Shown piece by piece: positions 29,943 to 40,216 of a stretch of 64,000 nucleotides of DNA. Both the position numbers and the translations under genes were made by a program. The stretch lies in the NCBI GenBank assembly GCA_963691875.1, contig OY829846.1, forward strand, positions 896,001 through 960,000, given 5' to 3'. Source of the stretch: Aureliella sp. (GTDB lineage: Bacteria > Planctomycetota > Planctomycetia > Pirellulales > Pirellulaceae). Each line of letters opens with the position of its first letter. The stretch's first letter is position 1. Under the pieces are notes generated by a model, which saw only the letters and a program-made list of their open reading frames with translations, made no database searches and was not told the origin of the DNA.

Positions 29943-31469
29943 ATGCCTCTTGATCTCCCCGCACTCCAGCCTCTCGACAAACACAATCAATTGCTTGCAA
30001 GCAACGTGCATCCCGAGGACTGGCAGAATCCAATTCCGAAGGGTCGGTACCATCTGGTCGTGATCGGCGCCGGAACGGCCGGACTAGTCACAGCAGCGGG
30101 TGCAGCCGGACTAGGGGCAAGAGTAGCCTTGGTCGAGCGTGAGCTGATGGGTGGCGACTGTTTGAATGTTGGCTGCGTGCCTTCGAAAGGTCTGCTCAGC
30201 GCATCTCGAGCTGCCAACGCAGTTCGGAATGCTGCGAATTTTAGTGTCAAAGTGCATGGAGGCTGCCACGTTGATTTTGCTGATGTCATGCAACGCATGC
30301 GTCGCCTTCGCGCCGGGATCAGCCATCACGATTCGGCCAAGCGTTTTCGAGGCCTTGGTGTCGATGTCTTCCTGGGGCAAGGCACATTCTTGGATTCGTC
30401 TACGGTGCAAGTCGCAGATCGAAAGCTTTCATTCAAGAAGGCCGTCATCGCCACAGGTGCTCGTGCCGCCAAGCTGGCGATTCCGGGCTGGGATGAGGTC
30501 AACCCACTCACTAATGAGACGCTTTTCTCTTTGCCAGATTTGCCAAAGAAGTTGGTCGTGATAGGAGGCGGCCCTATCGGCTGTGAGATGGCACAAGCTT
30601 TCGCACGTTTCGGATCAGAGGTTCACTTGCTGGAAGCCAGCACCCACATTCTGAGCCGCGAAGATCAGGAGGCCGCTTTGATCGTCCAGGAATCATTAAG
30701 ACGCGATGGCGTGCAGGTACATTTGGAAGCTTCGGTGAAGAGATTTGAAGCCGCAAACGACCGGAAGTACGTTCACTTCGATGCGAAGAACGGCCCCGAC
30801 TCATCGCTTGAAGCAAATCAGATTCTGGTGGCAATTGGACGCCAACCAAACCTCGAAGGTCTCGGCCTGGAGGAAGTCGGTGTCAGCTTCGATTCTCGCT
30901 CAGGCATTCAGGTCAACGATCGATTGCAAACAACAAACCCAAAGATCTTTGCAGCGGGCGACGTCGCATCCAAGTACAAGTTCACGCACGCGGCCGATTT
31001 CATGGCGCGTTCGGTGATACAAAATGCTCTATTTATGGGGCGAGCCAAAGCAAGTTCACTCTTGATTCCCTGGGCTACCTACACCTCCCCCGAACTCGCG
31101 CATGTTGGATTGACCGAACTGCAAGCCGAAGAGCGCGGCGTTGCCAGCGACACTTTTGTACAGCAGTTCTCCAGCGTCGACCGAGCGATTCTAGATGGAC
31201 AAACGGAGGGATTTGTGAAGGTCGTGGTCAAGCGGAGGACGGACAAGATTCTTGGGGCAACAGTTGTTTCCGAACACGCAGGTGATTTGATCGGCCACTT
31301 GTGCTTCGCTATGACACATGGAATGGGATTAAAGAAACTGGGCAGCACCATTCACCCTTACCCAACGCAGGCCGAAGCTATCCGAAAGCTTGGTGATCAA
31401 TACAATCGCACAAGACTTACACCGACGGTCTCAAAGCTGATGAAAACTTGGCTCAATTGGACCCTTTAA
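29943..31469 (+). CDS. Mercuric-reductase-like FAD/NAD(P) disulfide oxidoreductase
   Basis: GAGTAG, GGDCLNVGCVPSK, GGGPIG, IHPYPT. No N-terminal metal-binding domain and no C-terminal Cys-Cys pair. Confidence 0.88.
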   Translation: MPLDLPALQPLDKHNQLLASNVHPEDWQNPIPKGRYHLVVIGAGTAGLVTAAGAAGLGARVALVERELMGGDCLNVGCVPSKGLLSASRAANAVRNAANFSVKVHGGCHVDFADVMQRMRRLRAGISHHDSAKRFRGLGVDVFLGQGTFLDSSTVQVADRKLSFKKAVIATGARAAKLAIPGWDEVNPLTNETLFSLPDLPKKLVVIGGGPIGCEMAQAFARFGSEVHLLEASTHILSREDQEAALIVQESLRRDGVQVHLEASVKRFEAANDRKYVHFDAKNGPDSSLEANQILVAIGRQPNLEGLGLEEVGVSFDSRSGIQVNDRLQTTNPKIFAAGDVASKYKFTHAADFMARSVIQNALFMGRAKASSLLIPWATYTSPELAHVGLTELQAEERGVASDTFVQQFSSVDRAILDGQTEGFVKVVVKRRTDKILGATVVSEHAGDLIGHLCFAMTHGMGLKKLGSTIHPYPTQAEAIRKLGDQYNRTRLTPTVSKLMKTWLNWTL

Positions 31470-32446
31470 AGATATGGACTGACTCACCTAATACGACAGC
31501 TTACGCTTTGGCCTGAAATGACTGAGCGGCAGCTGCGCTGGCAAAGAAGCAAGAGCTGACTAAAACTTTTCTTGCTGCAACAGCTCTTCAGCAGTGATGG
31601 CAGCAGACAAGTGGACGCCGTAGCTTCGATCCCGATGCAGAACTAGTTCCGTTGAAGAGACCATTGACTCACTTGATTTCCTCCGCCGTTTTCACGCGGG
31701 ATAACAGATCAACTGAATGCTTGTAATTTTCGACGTTGTCTTGCTTTCGAAAATGGCGGCCGTGCTATGATTTATGTCGAGCCCCGCCCAGATGTTGGCC
31801 CCTTCCGAATCGACCATCGCAAAGGCAAAGCCACCCTGCCTATGCGCTATTTCTGAACTCTTCAGCACGGCTGACGGCTTCGTCCAAAGCTTGCCGGATA
31901 AAAATCCTTCTCGGCTTTTCAATCTCTTGAACGTCGCTGCTACGCAAAAACCAAAAGTTTCACGGCAAAGCCAGCAACTTCGAAAACCACAAGAACGCAA
32001 CCTATCTTCATCGCGGGTTGTTTTTTACGGAGCGTTCAAGCACACTTCCGAAAAACTCCATTGTAGAAAATTAGTCCGTCGACCAGGACGCTGAAGATCG
32101 TAGTCGCCTCGGGTGTCGCCGGACCTGCGTTTTTAGGATGGCCGCTGTTCCTTGAGCAATGCACCATAATCTTTTCGGTCGAACTCAGAATGGAGGCTAG
32201 AAAGTGAGTAATGAGATCGACAACTTGATCGCCAAACTGTTGCCCGAAAAAATATGCTCTTGGTAAAGATGAGCAAAAAGGCTCCCCACGCTTGCAGTCC
32301 GTCGCAAATCTAACACTACACGGCGTGACGAAGTCAAAAAAGTCATAAGACACACCATCGATTTTGCTCGCGATAGTCGTGGAAGGTCGGCTGGTCTATA
32401 CTGGTCGGCCACAACCCCACACTTTACCCGCTGATGAGCAATTGAA

Positions 32447-33997
32447 ATGAAATCAAAGCCCTTTTTGCGTCGACTACTCTTGACTCTATTTGGAGTCCTT
32501 CAGCTTCTGCCAGGAGTGGGTGCATTCGCTGAGAAGCCGAACATCATCGTCATCATGGCGGACGACTTGGGTTACGGCGACGTATCTTGCTACGGTGCGA
32601 CAGCCTTCTCAACGCCCAACATCGACAAATTAGCCTCCGAAGGCCAGCAGTTCACGAGTGGCTATTGCTCGGCATCTACTTGCACACCAACACGCTACTC
32701 TTTGCTAACGGGAACATATGCGTTCCGCGGCGAGCGAACCGGGATTGCACCACCAAACTCGCCAGCGATTATCAAACCTGGAACCGAAACCATGCCTTCG
32801 CTCCTGCAGCGTGCCGGCTACAAGACTGCGGTGGTCGGCAAGTGGCACTTGGGGCTTGGCGGGCCTGCGGGACCTGACTGGAACAATGATCTCAAACCTG
32901 GACCGCTTGAAATTGGCTTCGATACATGTTTTCTGCTACCCACAACCAATGACCGCGTCCCTCAGGTGTACGTGAAAGATCACCGTGTTCCGAATCTAGA
33001 TCCGAAAGATCCTTTGTGGGTAGGAAACAAAAAACCCTCGTCCGATCATCCAACAGGCCAGACTCATCGCGACACGCTGAAGATGGATTGGTCGCACGGT
33101 CACAATTCGACCATTCATAACGGCATTAGTCGCATTGGGTTTTACACTGGCGGAGAAGCTGCACGGTTCCGCGACGAAGATTTGGCGGACAAGTGGGTAG
33201 AGGAATCAGTCAAGTTCATCGAAGCCAATAAGGACGGGCCGTTCTTCCTCTTCTTTGCTTCGCACGACATTCATGTGCCGCGTATTCCGCACGAGCGTTT
33301 TCAGGGGGCAACTGAACTTGGATTCCGAGCGGACTCGATCATCCAATTTGATTGGTGTGTTGGCGAGCTGATGAAAACGCTAGATAGACTGAAGATTGCG
33401 GACAACACGCTCATTGTGTTTTGCTCGGACAATGGTCCTGTGATGGATGACGGCTACAAGGACTTCGCTCTGGAGAAGCTCGGCAAGCACCGTGCTGCAG
33501 GACAATACACCGGAGGGAAATACAGCGTCTATGAAGGTGGTACCCGCACGCCATTGATCACTCGTTGGAAGGGCCGCATTCAGCCTGGCGTCAGCGACGA
33601 GCTAGTCTGCACGATCGACTTGGCAGCGAGCCTCGCCAAGTTGGCTGATCAACCAATGCCCGAGAATGCTTGCCTTGACAGCATGGATGTCCTCAGTGCT
33701 TTCCTTGGCGAAACAGGTGCCAAAGGACGCTCGCATTTGGTGCAGCAAGACAACGGAAACAATGGAACCTTTGGCTTGCGAGTTGGCGATTGGAAATTGC
33801 ATCGATACGACAAGAAACGTGCTCGCAACGTGGTCGTAGAAAAGCAACTGGCAAACACGCAAGTGCCGCAGTTTCAGTTGTTCAACCTCAAGGATGATCC
33901 TACTGAGTCGAAGAATTTGGCCAAATCTCATCCTGAAAAGTTGACGGAACTCAAATCGATGCTTGCGGATCTGATCGCCAAAGGCCGGAGTCGCTAG
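32447..33997 (+). CDS. Arylsulfatase (S1 family)
   Basis: PNIIVIMADDLG, CTPTR, GKWHLG, SDNGP, EGGTR; signal peptide. Confidence 0.93.
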   Translation: MKSKPFLRRLLLTLFGVLQLLPGVGAFAEKPNIIVIMADDLGYGDVSCYGATAFSTPNIDKLASEGQQFTSGYCSASTCTPTRYSLLTGTYAFRGERTGIAPPNSPAIIKPGTETMPSLLQRAGYKTAVVGKWHLGLGGPAGPDWNNDLKPGPLEIGFDTCFLLPTTNDRVPQVYVKDHRVPNLDPKDPLWVGNKKPSSDHPTGQTHRDTLKMDWSHGHNSTIHNGISRIGFYTGGEAARFRDEDLADKWVEESVKFIEANKDGPFFLFFASHDIHVPRIPHERFQGATELGFRADSIIQFDWCVGELMKTLDRLKIADNTLIVFCSDNGPVMDDGYKDFALEKLGKHRAAGQYTGGKYSVYEGGTRTPLITRWKGRIQPGVSDELVCTIDLAASLAKLADQPMPENACLDSMDVLSAFLGETGAKGRSHLVQQDNGNNGTFGLRVGDWKLHRYDKKRARNVVVEKQLANTQVPQFQLFNLKDDPTESKNLAKSHPEKLTELKSMLADLIAKGRSR

Positions 33998-34190
33998 TTT
34001 TGCGTGCTACGTTCTGCAGGCCATGTCGATCGCACCATCCCGCCACTAGTGGTACTTCATTCTGTGCCAACGGTCGGCACAGATTCCGGTTGCAAGGAAC
34101 AAATCAACATTACCGAGTGGCGACTCCGTAATTACTACGCAAATACTGCGTGTAAAGCTTGGGTGCGTGTAAAACGCGGCTTATGTTTAC

Positions 34191-34351
34191 GCAGTGGTTT
34201 GGTTACTGCTGACCTCCAACGAGTTCTTGCCCCACTCGGGTCGGCGGAAACCATGTCACGGGCACTTAGCTGAGACTCAAACTCATTGCCCCACTTCGAG
34301 TCTTGGCTGCCCAAGAACTACCCGCCGATCATGATGGTCGGCGGGTTTTTT
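34191..34351 (+). ncRNA. Candidate structured RNA (sRNA or tdk leader/attenuator), family unknown
   Basis: Several stems, duplicated ttgccccact motif (34227 and 34286), anti-terminator match, ends in a strong terminator. Confidence 0.5.
34321..34351 (+). terminator. Intrinsic terminator
   Basis: cccgccgatc-atgat-ggtcggcggg followed by tttttt. Confidence 0.85.
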
Positions 34352-34448
34352 CGTACCTTGCTACCATCAAGCAATGCAGTAGGATTGTGCCGGAATCGTG
34401 CATATCACGCGCGACGTTGAGCTCACCTCCCTAGATCGCTGAATTTGC

Positions 34449-35072
34449 ATGGCCAAGCTGTACTTCTATTACTCAACGATGAATGCGGGCAAGTCGACGA
34501 CTTTGCTGCAGTCGAGTTACAACTACCACGAACGCGGTATGAAAACGTTGATCCTCCTGCCGGAGATCGACACGCGATTTGGAGCAGGAAAAGTCTCATC
34601 GCGGATTGGCTTGGAAGCAGAGGCCCAAACATTTACAACCGCAGACAACTTGGAATCGATGATTGTCGAGCTTTTGGAAAGTCAGACGATCGACTGCGTT
34701 CTCGTAGACGAAGCCCAATTCCTAACCAAATATCAAGTCAAACAGCTTAGTAATGTGACGGACGACTTGGACATCCCCGTGCTCGCCTACGGCCTGCGGG
34801 TTGACTTCCAAGGCAACTTGTTCGAAGGCAGTCAACAACTCTTGGCATGGGCCGACACGATGACAGAGATCAAGACCATCTGCCACTGTGGACGCAAAGC
34901 GACGATGGTGCTCAGGATGGATGGGCAAGGGCGCGTGATCAAAGAAGGTAGCCAAGTTCAGATTGGCGGTAACGAACGTTACACTTCTGTTTGCCGCAAG
35001 CATTTCAAGAGTGGCATGGCCGAGCGCATTCCGAACGAACTTCCCTTCGAGGAAGCCGAAACGCTCGAATAG
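34449..35072 (+). CDS. tdk: Thymidine kinase
   Basis: [49 protein letters not shown]. Confidence 0.97.
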   Translation: MAKLYFYYSTMNAGKSTTLLQSSYNYHERGMKTLILLPEIDTRFGAGKVSSRIGLEAEAQTFTTADNLESMIVELLESQTIDCVLVDEAQFLTKYQVKQLSNVTDDLDIPVLAYGLRVDFQGNLFEGSQQLLAWADTMTEIKTICHCGRKATMVLRMDGQGRVIKEGSQVQIGGNERYTSVCRKHFKSGMAERIPNELPFEEAETLE

Positions 35073-35789
35073 CTATTTTGTTGCCTTGAGCAGAAATTAA
35101 AGCGTCCAGTAGAAATTCGGTGCACTTGTGCGACGAATCCTCCAGCTATAGATCGCAGATTGCTCGACTAAGACGCCTATCGCCACTCTCCGAAACTTCT
35201 CTGCCCACGAAGCAAAGTTGTCCCGCCAGTGACGCAGAGCTGCTTAATTAAGCTCACATCCGACATTTACAGTCAACTCATGCCATATCAGATCTAAGGA
35301 GAAGTTTATAAATTAGCGAGTTTCTGTGACCACTCCCGGTGTGAATGGATTTGTGAGCGATTCTCGTCGAAAGAAGCGTCCGGGTTCACGACTCAAGAGT
35401 ACCATTCACTCAAATCGAAATGGATGTTTGAGCTACAAACAGATGGGATCGACGCTCAAAAAGAGGAGAAAGGATAAGCACAATGGAAGCAACGATTTTC
35501 GTAACGATTCTCAGCCACTCTTGCTGGCATGTCAGCTCTTATCCAGGCCGGGAAGCTAAAGCGAGTCCATCCAGCAGTCTGATCAGCTAGACCTAGTTGG
35601 ACGACAATCCTCTGCGATCGCAAGCCGAGAATCAGATAAACTGCTCACGTTTGGATTGCTGGATCCGTACCTTCAACTGCTAGTGAAGTTCTGAGAGCTA
35701 ACGAGGTCATGGATTAGGAGAAACTTGGCCTCTTCCATAAAGAAATTATAGAGAAACACCCGCGCAAAATTGACAGGTCTTGCCTAACG

Positions 35790-36181
35790 TCGACGATCAG
35801 GTCGTATCGAGAGCTACTAGAATCTAAGTGAGAACGTTCGATCCGAGTCCTAAGTTCAGCAGCTGATTGCTACCGAACATCAGCAGATGACGCTGCTTCA
35901 CAAACTGTTCTCACGATTTGCCAAGGTGCGCGTATGCAAAGAACGACTGCTGGACCACGCGTTTATCCTATTCGGCCGCAACGCGGTTGACGCCGCCCCC
36001 CACGACAAAAGGCTGCTAGATATGCTGATCGCGGGCGGCGGACTCAAGTAAGAGCCTCACCTTCCGACGCGACTACAATCAACCGCTGTGCAACCTGTAG
36101 GTGACCATGCTCCAACACCTTCGTGTAGAATCAAAAGCCTTCGGCGCCAGCACAGACACTTTGAATGAAATCGTCAAATGA
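35790..36181 (+). pseudogene. 3' remnant of a DUF1552 (HXXSHH) gene
   Basis: Manual translation: SY*NLSENV..QQLIATEHQQM...ERLLDHAFILFGRN...H...LIAGGGLK*..HL, frameshift, RDYNQPLCNL*VTMLQHL.VESKAFGASTDTL. Its stop overlaps the next ATG (ATGA at 36178-36181). Confidence 0.72.
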
Positions 36182-36830
36182 ATCAGATGCGATTCGCCAT
36201 TAAACAACTAGTTTTACTAGGTATCGCTCTTTGCTATGTGTCAGCAGGTGCCGCTGCTGGCGGAGATACACTGTTCGAAAAGGAGATCCGCCCACTGGTC
36301 GAGCGATACTGCAATGGCTGTCACTCGGGGGACACCACGGAGGCGGACATCGATCTTGGTTCCTTTGCAACTTACGTAGATTTACGGCGTCAGTTGGACG
36401 TCTGGCTCAAAGTTCGCACCATGCTGGACAGTCGGCAAATGCCGCCGAAAGATTCACGGCAGCCCACCGACGACCAGCGGAAACGATTGCAATCGTGGGT
36501 GCGGGCGTTTCTCGCTCGGGAGGCGGAAGCCACGGCTGGTGACCCTGGACCGGTTGTTCTACGAAGGTTGAACAATGAAGAGTACAACTACTCAGTTCGC
36601 GACCTGACGGGCGTCACTTCGCTCGATCCGACTCGCGAGTTTCCCGTGGACGGTGCGGCGGGTGAGGGTTTTATCAACACCGCTTCCGCGCAGTCGATGT
36701 CGTCGGCGCTGGTTCAGAAGTACCTCGACGCGGCAAAGCATGTTGCCGCACACGCCGTGCTGTTGCCGGATGGGATCACGTTTTCGCCCAGCAATTCTCG
36801 GCGAGACTGGACTGACGAAAGAGTGGCGGC
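36178..36830 (+). pseudogene. 5' fragment of a DUF1592/DUF1587 planctomycete cytochrome c protein
   Basis: Signal peptide, CNGCH heme motif, MPP, LRRLNNEEYNYSVRDL, FPVDGAAGEGF.N. Similarity ends abruptly near 36825. Confidence 0.8.
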
Positions 36831-37016
36831 AAGTTGTGGCTACAGGACTCAGGGCCGGAGGTTTGGTTTCGCAACCTTCGTTGGCGGAAGATTCCCGATG
36901 AAGAGCGAGTGACGGCGGATCCCAAGTTCGTTCCTCTGGCTGTCACTGGAGACACTTCGAACAAGGCACAGGAGCTTGTTGAGCGAATGCTGAAAGCACA
37001 AAACAAGAAGCCATGA
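36822..37016 (+). pseudogene. 3' fragment of a DUF1080 (3-keto-disaccharide hydrolase) gene
   Basis: Different frame reads GGKLWLQDSGPEVWFRNLRWRKIP, matching the family's terminal G.I.LQDHG..V.FRN motif. Confidence 0.72.
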
Positions 37017-37079
37017 AAAAGAACCATCTACTCGCGATTCACCCATGCTTGCCATCTTCCGGCGTCTGATGTGTAATCT

Positions 37080-38426
37080 ATGACTCAAGACTTCGAGAGA
37101 GATGATTTGAGCTATATCACTCAACAGAACGCAGCTTGCTCACCTTGGAATACGTTAATATTCTTGGGGAATCTTATTGCGGCCGCTGTCGTGTTCATTC
37201 TGATGCAGAGTCCAGCAATTGCGGTGGATGACTTTGCATTACAGCTTCTGGACGCGTCCGACGCACAGATCGAGAAGCTTAATGCCGGTAAACTGGAGGG
37301 CTTGCTCGAACTGGCTCCGGTCAACCTGCCGGTCAACCCGCCGGGTGATTGCAATCACTACGGCTGGCCGATTGCGACGATGTCGGAAGACACGATCGTC
37401 GTGATGCACCGTCGCATTCCTGGACACCGGGCCAAGGGCGCAGGCAAGCCGCATCCCAAGATGTCCTACGGCGTGGTGCTTCGTAGCGACGATGGTGGCA
37501 AGACGTGGTCCGAGCCTTACGACTTGCGGGACTGCATGAAGCCGGAAGATCTTAAACGCGGTGGCATCGTACCGCTTTCTCATCGAGTAAAGTTCGACAA
37601 GGGAAACAAATCGCCGCTCGGTTACAAAGTCCATCTGCACGCCATCGGGACGGCCCGTGGCGGCGCGGTCATCGCTGTTAACAACCACGGTGTCTTCCGC
37701 AGTGACGACGTGGGCCGCACGTGGGAACATTTTTCCAAGGCTTTACGTGAGGATACCTTTAAGCACGCCATCATCAACATTGGCCCGCGCATTCTTGAAG
37801 ATCCCAGGCACGGGCTGCTTGTGTTCGGCAACTGGTTCGGCGAGGTGGATCAGTACCACAAGTACTCTGAGAAACTGGTTGTTCTTCGTTCACCCGATGG
37901 CGGCGCAACATGGCTGCCCGAAGAACATCCAGCCGGGTTCAAGCAATACGAACCGGCTGCGATCTTCCACGATGGGCAATATCACATCGTTACGCGCGAT
38001 CAAAACAAGGTGCGAGCCCACCGACAGATGACTTGGCTGCCCGGCCAGGAGCCAACAATCACGAAGACAAACCTGCAAGACCCGCGATTGGTGGACACGG
38101 TCGACTTGTCGTTCAATCCTGTGACAATGCGGTTCGAAGTTGTGCGTAGCGAACGGCATCGGATGGAGCTATGGCTTTGGAGCATCGCGCCGGAGGACTG
38201 GTCCCAAGGCGACTGGCGTCGCGAGTGCCGCCTGTTTCAGCGTCAGGGGAAATTCTACGGAGACGCCGACGGTTTCCATCCCGCTGGAGCGGTCATCGAC
38301 GAACAACGCGGAGTCCAACACATCTTCCTCTACAGTGGCCACCCCAACGGCCCAGCGGGCGTGTTCCGCCTGACGCGAACGCTCGATACGCCGAAACTGG
38401 TAACGTTCTTGCGAAAGGATCAGTGA
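37080..38426 (+). CDS. BNR/Asp-box sialidase-like protein
   Basis: RSDDGGKTW, RSDDVGRTW and RSPDGGATW Asp boxes; hydrophobic N-terminal segment. Confidence 0.8.
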   Translation: MTQDFERDDLSYITQQNAACSPWNTLIFLGNLIAAAVVFILMQSPAIAVDDFALQLLDASDAQIEKLNAGKLEGLLELAPVNLPVNPPGDCNHYGWPIATMSEDTIVVMHRRIPGHRAKGAGKPHPKMSYGVVLRSDDGGKTWSEPYDLRDCMKPEDLKRGGIVPLSHRVKFDKGNKSPLGYKVHLHAIGTARGGAVIAVNNHGVFRSDDVGRTWEHFSKALREDTFKHAIINIGPRILEDPRHGLLVFGNWFGEVDQYHKYSEKLVVLRSPDGGATWLPEEHPAGFKQYEPAAIFHDGQYHIVTRDQNKVRAHRQMTWLPGQEPTITKTNLQDPRLVDTVDLSFNPVTMRFEVVRSERHRMELWLWSIAPEDWSQGDWRRECRLFQRQGKFYGDADGFHPAGAVIDEQRGVQHIFLYSGHPNGPAGVFRLTRTLDTPKLVTFLRKDQ

Positions 38427-39874
38427 TGAAACAACTAAACCGTTCGATGATTGCCGCATGGATCGCTTTGTTCTGCTTCACGGCCATTACCCAGGCTGCC
38501 GAACCGATTGAGATCGGCTCGCGTCGTGAGTTGTTCGTTGATAACCATTTGATTGGATCGCTGGACCGCGTCCGGCTTGTCCTGCATCGCCCGGAGCCGC
38601 GCGAAATCGTGTTCCGGTTCGATCAACCGTGGGAAGGGCTGTACAGCGGATATGAAACCGTGCTGAAGGACGGCGATACATACCGGTTCTATTACCGCGG
38701 CATGCCCGAGGCGAAACACGACCTTGATACGGAGGTTACCTGTGTTGCCGAAAGCAAAGATGGAATCCACTGGACGCGGCCCGAACTGGACATCTACGAA
38801 GTTCACGGTACCAAAGCCAATAACGTGGTGCTGGCGCGTAATCGCGGCTGCCACAACCTAGCTCCGTTCATCGACACCAACCCGGATTGCCCGACCGACC
38901 AGCGGTATAAAGCACTCGGCGGGACCGGCAAGCCCGGGCTGCTGGCCTTCGCTTCTGCCGACGGCCTGAACTGGAAGCAGCTCCAGGCGGAGCCCGTGAT
39001 TACGAAAGGCGCGTTCGACTCTCAAAACAATGCGTTCTGGTCGGCGAGTGAGCAGCAGTACGTCTGCTATTTTCGCGTATTTCGTGAGGGAAAACGCTGG
39101 ATCGCCCGCACGTCTTCCAAGGACTTCATACACTGGAGCGAGCCGATCGACCTGGAGTTGGGCGGCCAACCTCGTGAGCACCTCTACACAAACCAGTTCG
39201 ATCCTTATGTTCGAGCGCCGCACATCTACCTGGGGCTTCCGACCCGCTACCTGCCCGGGCGCCGCGTTTTGACCGACGAAGAAGCCAGGCAAATCGGCAC
39301 GCCTACGAAATGGAATTACGTGAACGATTGCACGGACATCTTGTTGGTGTCGGCTCGCGGTGGCGACAACTTCCAGCGAACGTTTATGGAAGCCTTCGTC
39401 CGGCCGGGCGGGGATCTGCAGAACTGGACATCGCGGGCCAATTATGCGGCTCGCGGCATCGTGCAGACCGGTCCCCGAGAGTTGTCTCTCTACGTGAAGC
39501 ATCATTCAGGCTATCCGTCGAATCACGTTCGGCGGTATGTCATCCGACCCGACGGTTTCGCCTCAGTGCGGGCTCCCTACGCCGGCGGCGAATTTATCAC
39601 CAAACCATTTGTTTTTTCGGGCGAGAAGCTGTCGCTCAACTTCGCCACATCGGCAGTCGGTGGGCTGTTCGTCGAAATCCAGACCGCAGACGGGAGTCCG
39701 ATTGAAGGTTTCTCACAGCAGGACTGCCCGGAGATGATCGGAGACCACATCGATCAAACCGTGACGTGGAGGAATGGCGAGGATGTGAGCCACTTGGCCG
39801 GCAAGCCCATCCGCCTGCGGTTCGTAATGAAAGACGCGGATCTTTACTCACTGCAATTCAGCAACAAAAAGTAA
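38426..39874 (+). CDS. Secreted beta-propeller glycoside-hydrolase-like protein
   Basis: ATG 38426 overlaps the upstream TGA. Signal peptide, IGSRRELFVD, ESKDGIHW.RP, S.DG..W, FDSQN..FW, R.DGF.S motifs. Confidence 0.8.
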   Translation: MKQLNRSMIAAWIALFCFTAITQAAEPIEIGSRRELFVDNHLIGSLDRVRLVLHRPEPREIVFRFDQPWEGLYSGYETVLKDGDTYRFYYRGMPEAKHDLDTEVTCVAESKDGIHWTRPELDIYEVHGTKANNVVLARNRGCHNLAPFIDTNPDCPTDQRYKALGGTGKPGLLAFASADGLNWKQLQAEPVITKGAFDSQNNAFWSASEQQYVCYFRVFREGKRWIARTSSKDFIHWSEPIDLELGGQPREHLYTNQFDPYVRAPHIYLGLPTRYLPGRRVLTDEEARQIGTPTKWNYVNDCTDILLVSARGGDNFQRTFMEAFVRPGGDLQNWTSRANYAARGIVQTGPRELSLYVKHHSGYPSNHVRRYVIRPDGFASVRAPYAGGEFITKPFVFSGEKLSLNFATSAVGGLFVEIQTADGSPIEGFSQQDCPEMIGDHIDQTVTWRNGEDVSHLAGKPIRLRFVMKDADLYSLQFSNKK

Positions 39875-40131
39875 GTACTTCTTGCAACAACTCTTCGCCA
39901 ACGTCGGAAGAGTTTTTCTCGGAGTATCTCGGTTAAAGTCGTCTGGGGTTCGCAGAGGTAACAGTACGGAGAACCAAGTTTCTGTCTGACTATTCCGACT
40001 TCCGTCATCGAGCGGCGACCGATTGCAGTTCAACGCGGACATCAAATCTTTCTCGATTGGGAATTCGATGCATTATCATAGAGTGGACCTAATCACGTAA
40101 TTTGCGGATCCCGAGCGATCGCCCAACCAAC

Positions 40132-40216
40132 TTCGCGTTTGCCTCATTTTCGCGTTTGCCTCATTTTCGCGTTTGCCTCATTTTCGCGTTTGCCTCATTT
40201 TCGCGTTTGCCTCATT
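40132..40216. repeat. Tandem repeat, 5 perfect copies of 17 bp (ttcgcgtttgcctcatt)
   Basis: Copies start at 40132, 40149, 40166, 40183 and 40200, with no spacers. Confidence 0.97.

Noticed and set aside
29943..31469. True merA / mercury resistance operon
   Set aside because: No C-terminal Cys-Cys, no NmerA domain and no merR/T/P.
31480..32420. Short ORFs between the reductase and the sulfatase
   Set aside because: No recognisable family in any frame; possibly decayed coding DNA, but not supportable.
34240..34275. SRP RNA or ZTP riboswitch
   Set aside because: aaccatgtca resembles SRP helix 8, but the GGAA/GGAAGCAGC core is absent. The ZTP 3' CGCCUGGGC hairpin is also absent.
35072..36178. 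att duplication of the tRNA-Arg 3' end at the left island edge
   Set aside because: No copy of cacaccccagaggattcgaacc was seen by eye, so the boundary stays approximate.
38171..38425. Upstream start for the 567-aa ORF
   Set aside because: It overlaps the BNR gene; ATG 38426 is coupled to that gene's stop and gives a signal peptide.
40132..40216. CRISPR array
   Set aside because: 17-bp units are contiguous with no spacers, and there are no cas genes.
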